Assembly (NCBI GenBank): GCA_035299385.1
Contig: DATGWQ010000076.1
Coordinates: 28,267-92,266, forward strand
Source: Bacteroidales bacterium
Lineage (GTDB): Bacteria; Bacteroidota; Bacteroidia; Bacteroidales; VadinHA17
Reading direction: 5' to 3'
Length of the DNA: 64,000 nt
In this document: piece after piece, positions 27,565-36,813 of the stretch
Numbering within the stretch: the stretch's first letter is position 1
How the letters are laid out: every line of letters starts with the position of its first letter
Translations under genes and position numbers: made by a program
Notes under the pieces: generated by a model
What the model was told of the DNA's origin: nothing
The model's input: only the letters and a program-made list of their open reading frames with translations
Database searches by the model: none

Positions 27565-28700
27565 TTTATTGATTCCTCCGCAATTACGGATTGTTTAATA
27601 CGATCAGGGCTGGTCAGTTTACGGTAAAGGTCATTAAACTCCGCTCCCATCTTTTCGATTGAAAAATATTGTTCTATCCTTTCCTTTCCCCTGGCACCCA
27701 TCCTGGACGCAAGCTCTTTGTCATTCAATAGTTTTTCGATGAGGCGTATGACCTCATACCGGTCCCTCCCGGTGCAATATCCCGTTTCACCGTCAATGAT
27801 CAGTTCACGGCTGCCGCCTTCTGTATCTGTTGCGATAACAGGTTTGCCAAGAGCCATATATTCAATGATGGAATTTGATATGCCCTCTTTTTTCGTACAG
27901 AGCAACCCTATATCAGCTGCAGCAACTATATTCTCGACATCTCTGCGCCTCCCCGCAAGGATAATGTTTGATATTTTCCCGCTTTTGATTCGTTCTGTGA
28001 TTCTTCCGAAATCCGGTCCGTCGCCGACAGCGACAAAACTTAAATCTTTTCTCTTGTTGAGCATGCCTGAGGCGACATCCACAAAAAGGTCATAATCCTT
28101 GAATGATGAAAATGAAGCAACCATCACCACCATATACTTTGTTGTAACGCCGAGCTCTTTCCTTGTTTGATCTGCGGCAGAGCTACTGTTGAATCTTGAC
28201 AATCTCACACCATTGTAAATCACCCTGGATTTCGGGGAGCGGATGCGGTAAGATTCAAGTCCTGCATAGGAATTTGACAGTATGATATCAGAAAATAACA
28301 GGTTAGTGCGGAGCAGGGCTGCATACCCGGAAAATGATCCATAGCTCCTGCTCGAATCCGCTATAAGGCTGGAAACCAGGGGTATTCCAAATATAACTTT
28401 TGAAGGAATGGCATAGAATGTAGCCATCTTGCCCCAGGCATGGATAAGGTCGGGCCTGAATGACCGGCAAACCTTCATGAACCTCAGGAACAATGACGGG
28501 TCATACTTCAATCCCTTCCGTTTCAGCACTGTAATATCCACCCCTATGTCGCGGACTTCCTCATAATGTATCTGATCCTCTGTGAGTACAAGGTTTATCT
28601 CATATCTTTCAGGCTGATTTATAAGGTATCTCATCAGCTCGACTGACCTGCGCTCCTTCCCGCCGGCGTGCAATGATTCAAGGAAGAAAAGAATTCTCAT
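27561..28700 (-). CDS. glycosyltransferase family 4
   Basis: EGISNSIIEYMALGKPVIATDTEGGSRELIIDGETGY (E-x7-E region). The first ATG is at 28700; the track start at 28703 is TTG. Confidence 0.9.
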   Translation of the reverse strand: MRILFFLESLHAGGKERRSVELMRYLINQPERYEINLVLTEDQIHYEEVRDIGVDITVLKRKGLKYDPSLFLRFMKVCRSFRPDLIHAWGKMATFYAIPSKVIFGIPLVSSLIADSSRSYGSFSGYAALLRTNLLFSDIILSNSYAGLESYRIRSPKSRVIYNGVRLSRFNSSSAADQTRKELGVTTKYMVVMVASFSSFKDYDLFVDVASGMLNKRKDLSFVAVGDGPDFGRITERIKSGKISNIILAGRRRDVENIVAAADIGLLCTKKEGISNSIIEYMALGKPVIATDTEGGSRELIIDGETGYCTGRDRYEVIRLIEKLLNDKELASRMGARGKERIEQYFSIEKMGAEFNDLYRKLTSPDRIKQSVIAEESIK

Positions 28701-29641
28701 CAATCTTCAGGATTTATCTGTGCGAGTGATTGCCTCATCAACCGCCTGTTCCGTATAAAATTTTTCCATTGTTCCTTTACTGAAAAAGTCCATTTCAGGC
28801 CGTCAATCACAATCAGGTCATCACATACATTCAGGGTATGTATATTATGGATGCCATTCTCCTGCATGTTCCTGCGGTTTACCCTGATTGTCATGTATGG
28901 TTCTTCCGAAAAACGCTTTTCATCGAGGGCCGTTATGCGGTTCAGTGTTATCGATTCACCATACTCAACGGCACAGTTTTGTGCAGGCCTGTAGATATTT
29001 CCGTCAACTTCGATGAAGTCGCCTGCAGCCCTGGTCCCGTTAAGGCCGTTTCTGACCGGGTTGCCACGATGTGGAATATACGGTCCTGTGATGCTTTCGG
29101 AAACAAAGATGTGAAGCTTGTAATCACGCCGTCTTTCAAATACTGAGCCGAAAAGCCAGTACTTATCCTCGAACTTCAGGATTGCCGGATCATAAAGATT
29201 CGCGTCCATGATATCTCCCAGGTGAATAAGTGTCTTCAAAACAGGATCGAACCGGTAACATGAAAGCTTCCCGCTGCGCACTGATTCAGGGAAGATGTAG
29301 ATACGATCATCTTCCCTGAAAATAAAAGGAAAGGAAAGATGGCTCCCGGTGTCGAGCAAAACTTTAATATTTGTTATATTCAATTCCCTGTCAAGGGTCA
29401 TCAGGGAAATATTTCCATAATGCTCATTTATGAGGAAATCTTCAAACAGGATCAGTATTTCACCATCGGTCCCCTTGATTATGAAAGGGTCAGCATAGAA
29501 ATGATCTGAAGAAGCGGGCTGTATCCATTTAAAGTCCTGCCTGAAATTCCGGGTCCTTATCATTTCCCTTATATCCCCCCGTGCCAGTCCTATGATCCAC
29601 TGCTTGAAGTACAGCTTCTTTATGTAATCTGATTTTTCCAT
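28700..29641 (-). CDS. hypothetical EPS-locus protein (family not recognised)
   Basis: 313 aa with N-terminal ...KQWIIGLARGDI...HFYADPFII. Function not assigned. Confidence 0.6.
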   Translation of the reverse strand: MEKSDYIKKLYFKQWIIGLARGDIREMIRTRNFRQDFKWIQPASSDHFYADPFIIKGTDGEILILFEDFLINEHYGNISLMTLDRELNITNIKVLLDTGSHLSFPFIFREDDRIYIFPESVRSGKLSCYRFDPVLKTLIHLGDIMDANLYDPAILKFEDKYWLFGSVFERRRDYKLHIFVSESITGPYIPHRGNPVRNGLNGTRAAGDFIEVDGNIYRPAQNCAVEYGESITLNRITALDEKRFSEEPYMTIRVNRRNMQENGIHNIHTLNVCDDLIVIDGLKWTFSVKEQWKNFIRNRRLMRQSLAQINPED

Positions 29642-30761
29642 ATCTGAGCTCAGTAAAAATCCTGTTTATTTCATTCACTTTTCTTTCATTCATGGCATGG
29701 TGCTCTTCGATGTATTTCAGGGCCCGTGAAGGGAATTCACTACCGCACGAGAATTCATTCAATGCCCTGGCAAGCTTATCGATGTCGCCGTGTGCAATCA
29801 CACCAAGGGATTCCTTTTGTATCACCGATCCCGGATCAACGATCAGTGAATAGACCGGAATTCCACATGCCCATGCTTCAATGAAGACATTCGGAAACCC
29901 TTCGGAAGGCGATGTGCTGATGAGCGCTTTGGATTGTGAAATCTCCTTAAGAGTCCGTGCGTGTGGCAGTTCACCCATCAGGCGGACGTTGGGAAATGTC
30001 TTAAGCTTGTCATAGTAATGATGCCCGAACTTGTCACGTGGCGCGCCGATTATTTTGAAAGTGTGGTTTGGCAGTTTCTTTATTATTTCATAGAAAAAAG
30101 GGAAGCCTTTTCTCTTGTCAAGCCAGCCAACATATGTAAAATCTTCATATTGCATGCCGTTAGGCCCGGGGATGGCAGACATGTCAATTATGTTGTAAAG
30201 TATTACCGGTTTGATGTTTTTCTTAAGCAATACATCTCGCTGACCCGAGTGCTGTACAAGCACAAGGTCAGCATGCCGCAGAAGCCACGGATAAACAAGC
30301 TCGATCAGTAGCCCGCTGAAAAACCACCACAGGGTGGCCGGCTTTGCCATATAAAAGCTCTTGAACCGTTCCCTGAAACTCATGGCATCCAAATCCGAAG
30401 CCATGTGTATCACGAATTTGCCTTTCACTTTCCTGGCAACCCAGTAAGCTATTATATGCCTGAAATCGCGTATCCTGCAATAGTAGATATCAGCTTTCTG
30501 ATTTTTCAGTGTCGAATACAACCCCGGTATCCTGTGTGTTACTGTCCTCAGGATCTTCTTCCCCTTATTCCAGTCTTTCACGGTAAAGACCTTTATTCCT
30601 TCAGGAGTTATGAATTCTTCATTCGTTGCATAATCCACAACAACAACTTCATGACCGCATTTTGCAAGAGCTCTGGCAATGAAGGCAATCTGAAGCTCTC
30701 CGCCGCCGTCTGTCTTGCCTTTGAGAGCATTAGCCACGTTTCCCCAAAAACAAATTTTCAT
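29529..30761 (-). CDS. glycosyltransferase family 4
   Basis: SPSEGFPNVFIEAWACGIPVYS motif. The 3' end overlaps the next gene by 113 nt (see findings). Confidence 0.85.
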   Translation of the reverse strand: MKICFWGNVANALKGKTDGGGELQIAFIARALAKCGHEVVVVDYATNEEFITPEGIKVFTVKDWNKGKKILRTVTHRIPGLYSTLKNQKADIYYCRIRDFRHIIAYWVARKVKGKFVIHMASDLDAMSFRERFKSFYMAKPATLWWFFSGLLIELVYPWLLRHADLVLVQHSGQRDVLLKKNIKPVILYNIIDMSAIPGPNGMQYEDFTYVGWLDKRKGFPFFYEIIKKLPNHTFKIIGAPRDKFGHHYYDKLKTFPNVRLMGELPHARTLKEISQSKALISTSPSEGFPNVFIEAWACGIPVYSLIVDPGSVIQKESLGVIAHGDIDKLARALNEFSCGSEFPSRALKYIEEHHAMNERKVNEINRIFTELRYGKIRLHKEAVLQAVDHRTGTGGYKGNDKDPEFQAGL

Positions 30762-30781
30762 ACTATTATTTTGAACTTTTA

Positions 30782-31774
30782 TCAGAGATATCTGTGAAAA
30801 GGATTGTAAAACAGATCAACAATGTTTCTCCTGAATTTCCTGTTTCTCAGATGCTTTGAAACGGTCTTCTCATAGGAGTCGGTGAAAATGTCTTCTTTCA
30901 GATGTATGAACCTGTCGAAAGGAGTCGACCTCATCTGAACAATGAAATCAGCCATGAAGACGAACTTCCTTATTTCATATTCCATTGTTTCGAGGTCCAG
31001 GGCGAGTCCCCACGATATCCTGTTCCAGGGCATAAGCCTTTTCGAGAATGAGGAAAGGGGTTTGCCTTCCTCATCAAAGAATGAAGGGGTATTCCTGAAA
31101 GATGGCATAATAAAGTTTCCAAGGCCATAAGCAATGATCCCTTTACCATATTTTTCCACAGCCTGGGGTGCATGTGAATGGCTGCCTATCACCGCATCAG
31201 CTCCTGCGTCGATCATCTTCCGGGCTGTCTTGACCTGTCCGGGCGAAGGATACGAGGATTCGGGCATGCCCCAATGAACATGCACTATCAGCCTGTCTGA
31301 TTTATCCCTTGCAGATCTTATTCGCTCGATTATCTCCTCTTTATCGAGCAGATCAACATAATTGAAATCGTCAAATTCCACGAGCGGTGTCGTCATTTCG
31401 GCAATTACCGACATGCAAGAAATGTTATGATCTTTAAATTTGAGAATTAAGGGGTTATGTGTCGAATCGGCAGGTAAATTGATCCCGAAATAACCTGCAC
31501 CCGTTTTCCCGATTTCGGATATTGTGGAATTGAGTCCGGCAATACCATAATCGAGTATATGGTTGTTGGCAAGATTTACCGCAAGCAGTTTTGACCCGAA
31601 GATTTTTTCAAGATGATTTGAGGGCACACGCAGGCTGACCTTTCCTGAAACAGGTTTCTCTGACCGTGTTACAGGACACTCGAGATTAATAACCACGGGA
31701 AGGTTATTTTTGAATCTGAAAGGTTTGTAAGGGATCACATCCCCAAGGAACAGTATGCTGCTCTCTTCATTCAT
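30782..31774 (-). CDS. CapA-family protein (PGA_cap metallophosphatase-like)
   Basis: LLAVNLANNHILDYG and HVHWGMPESSYPSPGQVKTARKMIDAGADAVIGSHSHAPQ. Confidence 0.85.
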   Translation of the reverse strand: MNEESSILFLGDVIPYKPFRFKNNLPVVINLECPVTRSEKPVSGKVSLRVPSNHLEKIFGSKLLAVNLANNHILDYGIAGLNSTISEIGKTGAGYFGINLPADSTHNPLILKFKDHNISCMSVIAEMTTPLVEFDDFNYVDLLDKEEIIERIRSARDKSDRLIVHVHWGMPESSYPSPGQVKTARKMIDAGADAVIGSHSHAPQAVEKYGKGIIAYGLGNFIMPSFRNTPSFFDEEGKPLSSFSKRLMPWNRISWGLALDLETMEYEIRKFVFMADFIVQMRSTPFDRFIHLKEDIFTDSYEKTVSKHLRNRKFRRNIVDLFYNPFHRYL

Positions 31775-31779
31775 AGAGG

Positions 31780-32796
31780 CTATTTTAAGGCAAAATCCAG
31801 GGTCGCTTCCTTTGAAGCAAGCAAATTGTATTTATGTGCGGCTTCCGTCAATGTAACCGAAGTGATGCTGTTATATGTAAGAAGAACAAAAAAAGACTCA
31901 AGTAGTTCATAAAGTTTTTCCACTGCTTCACTGTCAGCCCTGTAGATGGAACAATCGGGCATGAGCTCGCTCGAATGGAACATCATTACCATAAAAGGCA
32001 GATTAAGGTATTGAGCTTCCTTCAGCAGATCCTCCAGCTGTTGGTACGTCATCCAGGGATACGGTCTGAGCCATACAGGCTGGTACCTGAAGAAGAGGCT
32101 TCTGAATGATCTTAATATGAAGCTGTTATTGACATTACTGAAATAAAAATCGGATAACCTGTCGTTTCGTTTTAACGGAAATTTCGTGGGCAATATGGTC
32201 ACCGGGATCTCGAGCAGTGATTTACTGCCGAAGGTGTAATTATACGGGGAGGGTCGCTTTTTCATGAAATCGGGCCCGCCGCCTGAGCCGGGCACACCTT
32301 TGAATGCCGCCCAGCTGATATACGGCGTAACCGAAGAATCGACAAGGTATTCGTTATTCGCCAGGGCTCTCGCAACGTTTTCGTTGAAGCCATACCGTCC
32401 GGACCTGAATGAAGTGGGCCGTCTGCCGAAAGCTGTCCCGATCTGGTCCGTAAGATAACGGAGCTTGTTGGCAAGCAGGTCCTCGGGAAGCTCGCTCGCA
32501 AAGGCGTGATTTTTGTCATTGTACCTGAAACCTTCCCTGTTCAGGAAAGGAGGCGTAGTCCATGAATGAAGGTGCGCTCCTATCTCGGCTTCATCGCTAT
32601 CGATATAATCGGAGAAGATTTCCCGGGCAAATGAGTCCTCGCATATCTCAGAGGTTACAAGATAAGTTGGCTTAATGCCGTATCTCCTGCAAAGTTCCTG
32701 GAAACGGGGAACCGCTCTCAGGTTTTCAACAGTGAGCCCGCGGCCATGATCCCACTGATTGTCCGCTTCAGTGTCAATTGTCATTATAAAGTTCAT
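31780..32796 (-). CDS. polysaccharide deacetylase-family (WalW-like) protein
   Basis: MTIDTEADNQWDHG... and ...EIGAHLHSWTTPPF, typical of this divergent deacetylase group. Confidence 0.65.
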   Translation of the reverse strand: MNFIMTIDTEADNQWDHGRGLTVENLRAVPRFQELCRRYGIKPTYLVTSEICEDSFAREIFSDYIDSDEAEIGAHLHSWTTPPFLNREGFRYNDKNHAFASELPEDLLANKLRYLTDQIGTAFGRRPTSFRSGRYGFNENVARALANNEYLVDSSVTPYISWAAFKGVPGSGGGPDFMKKRPSPYNYTFGSKSLLEIPVTILPTKFPLKRNDRLSDFYFSNVNNSFILRSFRSLFFRYQPVWLRPYPWMTYQQLEDLLKEAQYLNLPFMVMMFHSSELMPDCSIYRADSEAVEKLYELLESFFVLLTYNSITSVTLTEAAHKYNLLASKEATLDFALK

Positions 32797-32808
32797 GGAA
32801 GTATCCTG

Positions 32809-33987
32809 TTATAGTTTGTATAATGAATCAACAAATGGAATTATTCTTTTTGCCTGGTAATTGTAGTTGAATACGGTATCGGCAAGTATCGTTCCCTGCC
32901 TGGCTGTTGAGAGCGCATTATCATAGTGGTCCAGGACCATATCGAGCTTCTCCGCCAGCTTTTCCTTGTTTCCGGGCTCTACCAGGAAAGCATGCTTGCC
33001 ATCCTCCAGATATTCCGAGATTTCACCGACGTTGACGGATATCACGGGTTTTCCGGAAGCCAGGTATTCCGTCAGCTTGGATGGGAAAGAAGCATTGGTG
33101 TTTGCATCATTCGTCCTTACCATTACCAGCACTTTAGAATTGACCATGTACCTGATCACTTCTTCCCTCTCCATATAATCCAGAAGGTGGACCCTCTCGC
33201 CTACGCCAAGATCACTGATAAGCTGTCTTATCTTGTCTCTTTCGTTGTTGTAATTCGGCCCTCCAAGAACGAGGTTCAGTCCGGGATACCTGTCCTTGAT
33301 CGCTGAAAATGCCTGGATGAGCACGTCAATGTTATCACGGTAAAATGACAACATACCGAAATAACCGACATAGGGAAAGGGAAACGGACATTCAGAATTT
33401 ATCCTGAATCTTGCAGGATCGACAGTGCTCGGAAGCAGGAGAAGGCGGTGTAAAGGATATCCCAGCCTGGTATGAAAATCTATCAGAAATTTCGAGATGC
33501 AAAGGATGCCATCAGTCATGGGCAATTCAAGTCGGAGTATCAGCTTCCCGTATACCCTGTTCAAACGGCCTTTCTGGAATCCCCTCAAAGGGTGCTCACT
33601 TACTTCCTGGATCAGCACCGATCTTGTCATGATTTTCAGGTACCATGCCAGCAGAAAGGTTCCGGGGAGCATAGTGTAAACTATTATGGCCCGGATCTTC
33701 TCGTCTTTGTTCAGTTTTCTTACCAGTGATGCTGTACGGTAAAATTTCATCACTTTCTTCCAGTTACGCCTGAAGAAATTGGGGTTCCTCTCCTTTTGTG
33801 CGAAAGGCCTGTAAAATTTAATCCCGTTCAATTCTCCAGCGGCTTCCGGCAGGTAATCATTCCTGAAGCATATTATATGCACTTTCCTGCCATTCTCAGT
33901 AAGTCCTTTTGCATAGCTGTGGACCCTGTTTGTCGACGCTTCTCCCTGTGGAAAAGTGAACAGGTCTCCGAATATCACATACGACAT
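32809..33987 (-). CDS. glycosyltransferase family 4
   Basis: FPSKLTEYLASGKPVISVNVGEISEYLEDGKHAFLVEPGN. Confidence 0.9.
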   Translation of the reverse strand: MSYVIFGDLFTFPQGEASTNRVHSYAKGLTENGRKVHIICFRNDYLPEAAGELNGIKFYRPFAQKERNPNFFRRNWKKVMKFYRTASLVRKLNKDEKIRAIIVYTMLPGTFLLAWYLKIMTRSVLIQEVSEHPLRGFQKGRLNRVYGKLILRLELPMTDGILCISKFLIDFHTRLGYPLHRLLLLPSTVDPARFRINSECPFPFPYVGYFGMLSFYRDNIDVLIQAFSAIKDRYPGLNLVLGGPNYNNERDKIRQLISDLGVGERVHLLDYMEREEVIRYMVNSKVLVMVRTNDANTNASFPSKLTEYLASGKPVISVNVGEISEYLEDGKHAFLVEPGNKEKLAEKLDMVLDHYDNALSTARQGTILADTVFNYNYQAKRIIPFVDSLYKL

Positions 33988-33988
33988 A

Positions 33989-35326
33989 TCAAAAATTATT
34001 ATTCTGGTTCAATGATGTTTCGAGTGCCGGTATTCTCCCTGTTTCAGGTTCTTCATCAAGATGCGGTTCAAAAAGAGCCAGCATCCAGAAGCACATGAAA
34101 AATGGAATGAAAACGATGGAATAACTTATCGAAATACCAATTATGATGAGGAAAAGCAAAAACTTTCCCCGGTATTTGAAAATGCGTGCAAACATGAATG
34201 AGCTCTGGATCGACAGCACCAGGAACGGAATAATGCCCACAAGCCCGAACTGGGCCATCAGGTTGCCGATCCCGGAAATAGGCGATATTCTCGATCCCAT
34301 TCTCCTGGTCCATGACCTTTCCGAATGTGCCGCCAGGCCCAGGACAGGATTATTTTTGAAATCCACCATCGTTATGAGGAAAGAAGTGAACCTCTGGGGT
34401 GTTGCCGGATTCTCCCTGGCATAAGCCTCGCTCACGATATAATCTATATCAGTTTCATTCATCAGCTTGACAATCTTGTCTTTCATGAATGGCAGCGAGA
34501 ACACGATTATCACAACTGCGATCACCACCGGGGCCATGAGAAGTATTTTTTTAATATCCTTGTTGAAGAAATAAAATGAAAGGATCAGGATCATTATCAC
34601 ATACCCGGTGGTCGACAGGGTCGAAAGAAGAGCAGCCATGAGAACGATGAACCTCTTTTTCCGGTCGGCGTCATCCTTTACCATAAAAAGGTTTATGAAC
34701 AAACCGATGGCCAGGTAGCTGGCATAGCTTCCTGGTTCCCAGGCAAACCCGCAATTCCTGGCAATCGTATGTTCATTTATAAGCGTGGTTTCATATGGCT
34801 GTATCGAATAGACGACAATGCTCAGCCCGTTACCCGACACATAGGATATATCCTGCAGGAACGAGAGACGAGAAAAAATATTGAAAAGGAAATCGCCTCC
34901 GGCCGCCACCTGTATCCCCCACAGGAATAATGACAGGATGGCGAAGTAGTACAGTATCTTCTCATAGATGAAAAAGATATCGAGCTTCAGCACACGTATG
35001 GCAACATATGCTGTGAAGAACAGGAAATAATATGTCAGCACGAATGTCGGCTGTATGTCATAAAATTTTATGGATATCGCAAGAAAATAAAGCAGGAAGA
35101 TGAAAAGCAGTGCATAGAATTCCTTGGTAATGTACAATTTCCATTTGAATGCCATTATTCCGCTGAAAATGACCGGAAGAAGAACCCCGATCGGATTTTC
35201 AGTGATCAGGGGACTTTCGAAGAACCTGATCGCCCTTGCTGCATAAAACATCAGCATCAGGACATACGCATATTCGAGAGGGCCGGTTTCGACCTTTCTG
35301 TCAGTGTGGGTTAGTGAAGAGACCAT
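33989..35326 (-). CDS. wzy: O-antigen/EPS polymerase (Wzy-like) integral membrane protein
   Basis: 445 aa, about 10-12 hydrophobic segments with one larger loop, positioned next to wzx. Confidence 0.7.
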   Translation of the reverse strand: MVSSLTHTDRKVETGPLEYAYVLMLMFYAARAIRFFESPLITENPIGVLLPVIFSGIMAFKWKLYITKEFYALLFIFLLYFLAISIKFYDIQPTFVLTYYFLFFTAYVAIRVLKLDIFFIYEKILYYFAILSLFLWGIQVAAGGDFLFNIFSRLSFLQDISYVSGNGLSIVVYSIQPYETTLINEHTIARNCGFAWEPGSYASYLAIGLFINLFMVKDDADRKKRFIVLMAALLSTLSTTGYVIMILILSFYFFNKDIKKILLMAPVVIAVVIIVFSLPFMKDKIVKLMNETDIDYIVSEAYARENPATPQRFTSFLITMVDFKNNPVLGLAAHSERSWTRRMGSRISPISGIGNLMAQFGLVGIIPFLVLSIQSSFMFARIFKYRGKFLLFLIIIGISISYSIVFIPFFMCFWMLALFEPHLDEEPETGRIPALETSLNQNNNF

Positions 35327-35335
35327 TATATCTTA

Positions 35336-36655
35336 TTAGTTTGCAGCTGCAAGGGGTTCAGTTTTTTTTTCTGCAGGAAATTCCTCAGACTCCCTGATGA
35401 GCCTCATTGACAACCGGCGGTAGAACCAGTACATACTGCCAAGATAAGTCACTCCCGAAAGGATACGCGTGTACGCTGCACCTGTCTCGCCGAAAAGGGG
35501 GATCAGAGTGAAATTGCAGACGAATATTACAATGCCCACAACAATTGCACTGTTCCTTAATGCCTTTCCCTTCCCGTGAGCTCCGAGGAAACGGTTATAG
35601 TAATCACCCATGCCGTTGGCCATTATACCTATACTTCCTATTATTGTGAGTATAATCACAGGGTGAAACTCCTTTCCGTAAAAAATATTGATGAACGGAC
35701 CGACGAGCAGCCAGCACAGGAGCAATGCGGAAACGGAAACTCCAATGGTAACCAGGGTCAGCCTTCTTTCAATCTTTTTCTTTGTTGAAAATTCTTTATA
35801 ATGTGTTGTGGCAATGACGTTCGGAATGAAGTTTAGCGGCTCGGAGATGGTCATTGCGAGGGCAAAATATCCCACACCCGCATTATTGACACCGAAATAG
35901 CTGATCAACATTCCCGAAAGAGAAGCCATAGCAACATTGAAAATTGTACCTATATAGACATTGAATCCATAGATTTTGTTGAAATGCCAAATTTCCCTGA
36001 GCCTTTCCCTGTAATTCCTGAACGACGGATTGACCTTGTACAGGATATAAAGGAACCCTCCTATATGCGTCAGCAGGAACAAAAGCCACATTATTTTCAG
36101 TCTGTCGCCTGAATATCCCCTGAACAGGAAATATAATGCAAGAGTAGCAGCAAAAAAGAATATTTTGGGGTAAAGACGGCTCTTTGCAAGAAGGCTGATC
36201 TTATTGTCGGCCTGGAACAGTGTTTCGAAATAATTCATCAGGAGGAAGATCCACGAGAATGGGATTATGAAAAGCAAAACCGACCTCAATCCTTTTTCAG
36301 AGATGTTGGGATCAACAAATGCATATATGACGATAGCTACCGCGACTATGGCAAACAGACCTGCCGAGACAAGCAGCATCGATCCGTACAGCTCTCTTGT
36401 TTTTTGCCCGTCCGAATTCAGCACAATAGCCCTGTTGCCGGCCTGTAAAAAGCCGAAATTAAAAAGGGTCATTGCAAGGCTGAATACATAAAGAAGGAAT
36501 TTGAAGTCGCCGAAAGCAACAGGCCCCAGGAACCTTGTGATGAATATGTTTGAAACTACCGAAAGCGGTATTATCACAATGTTTACCGCAAACAATGACA
36601 TAACCTGCCTTAGACGCGGATAATTCGTGTACAGCCTCTCAACCCACCTGAACAT
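35336..36655 (-). CDS. wzx: polysaccharide flippase (Wzx, MOP superfamily)
   Basis: 439 aa, about 12 TM segments. First gene of the minus-strand EPS block. Confidence 0.8.
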   Translation of the reverse strand: MFRWVERLYTNYPRLRQVMSLFAVNIVIIPLSVVSNIFITRFLGPVAFGDFKFLLYVFSLAMTLFNFGFLQAGNRAIVLNSDGQKTRELYGSMLLVSAGLFAIVAVAIVIYAFVDPNISEKGLRSVLLFIIPFSWIFLLMNYFETLFQADNKISLLAKSRLYPKIFFFAATLALYFLFRGYSGDRLKIMWLLFLLTHIGGFLYILYKVNPSFRNYRERLREIWHFNKIYGFNVYIGTIFNVAMASLSGMLISYFGVNNAGVGYFALAMTISEPLNFIPNVIATTHYKEFSTKKKIERRLTLVTIGVSVSALLLCWLLVGPFINIFYGKEFHPVIILTIIGSIGIMANGMGDYYNRFLGAHGKGKALRNSAIVVGIVIFVCNFTLIPLFGETGAAYTRILSGVTYLGSMYWFYRRLSMRLIRESEEFPAEKKTEPLAAAN

Positions 36656-36713
36656 CTGAACTGAATTTGTTTATGAAAATGTTAAACAACTGATTGACAG
36701 CTTATTTGTAATG

Positions 36714-36751
36714 AATCTAAATTATTTAGCCTGTGTACGAAAATTTAGATT
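36714..36751. promoter_or_regulatory. 9-bp perfect inverted repeat AATCTAAAT-N20-ATTTAGATT in the divergent wzx / beta-helix intergenic region
   Basis: Read directly from the sequence. A third ATTTAG copy lies at 36784-36789. Confidence 0.35.
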
Positions 36752-36813
36752 AGGTCGTTATTAAATAGTTGTTTATCAAAGAAATTTAGTATTTCGTCAA
36801 AAATATAAACTAA

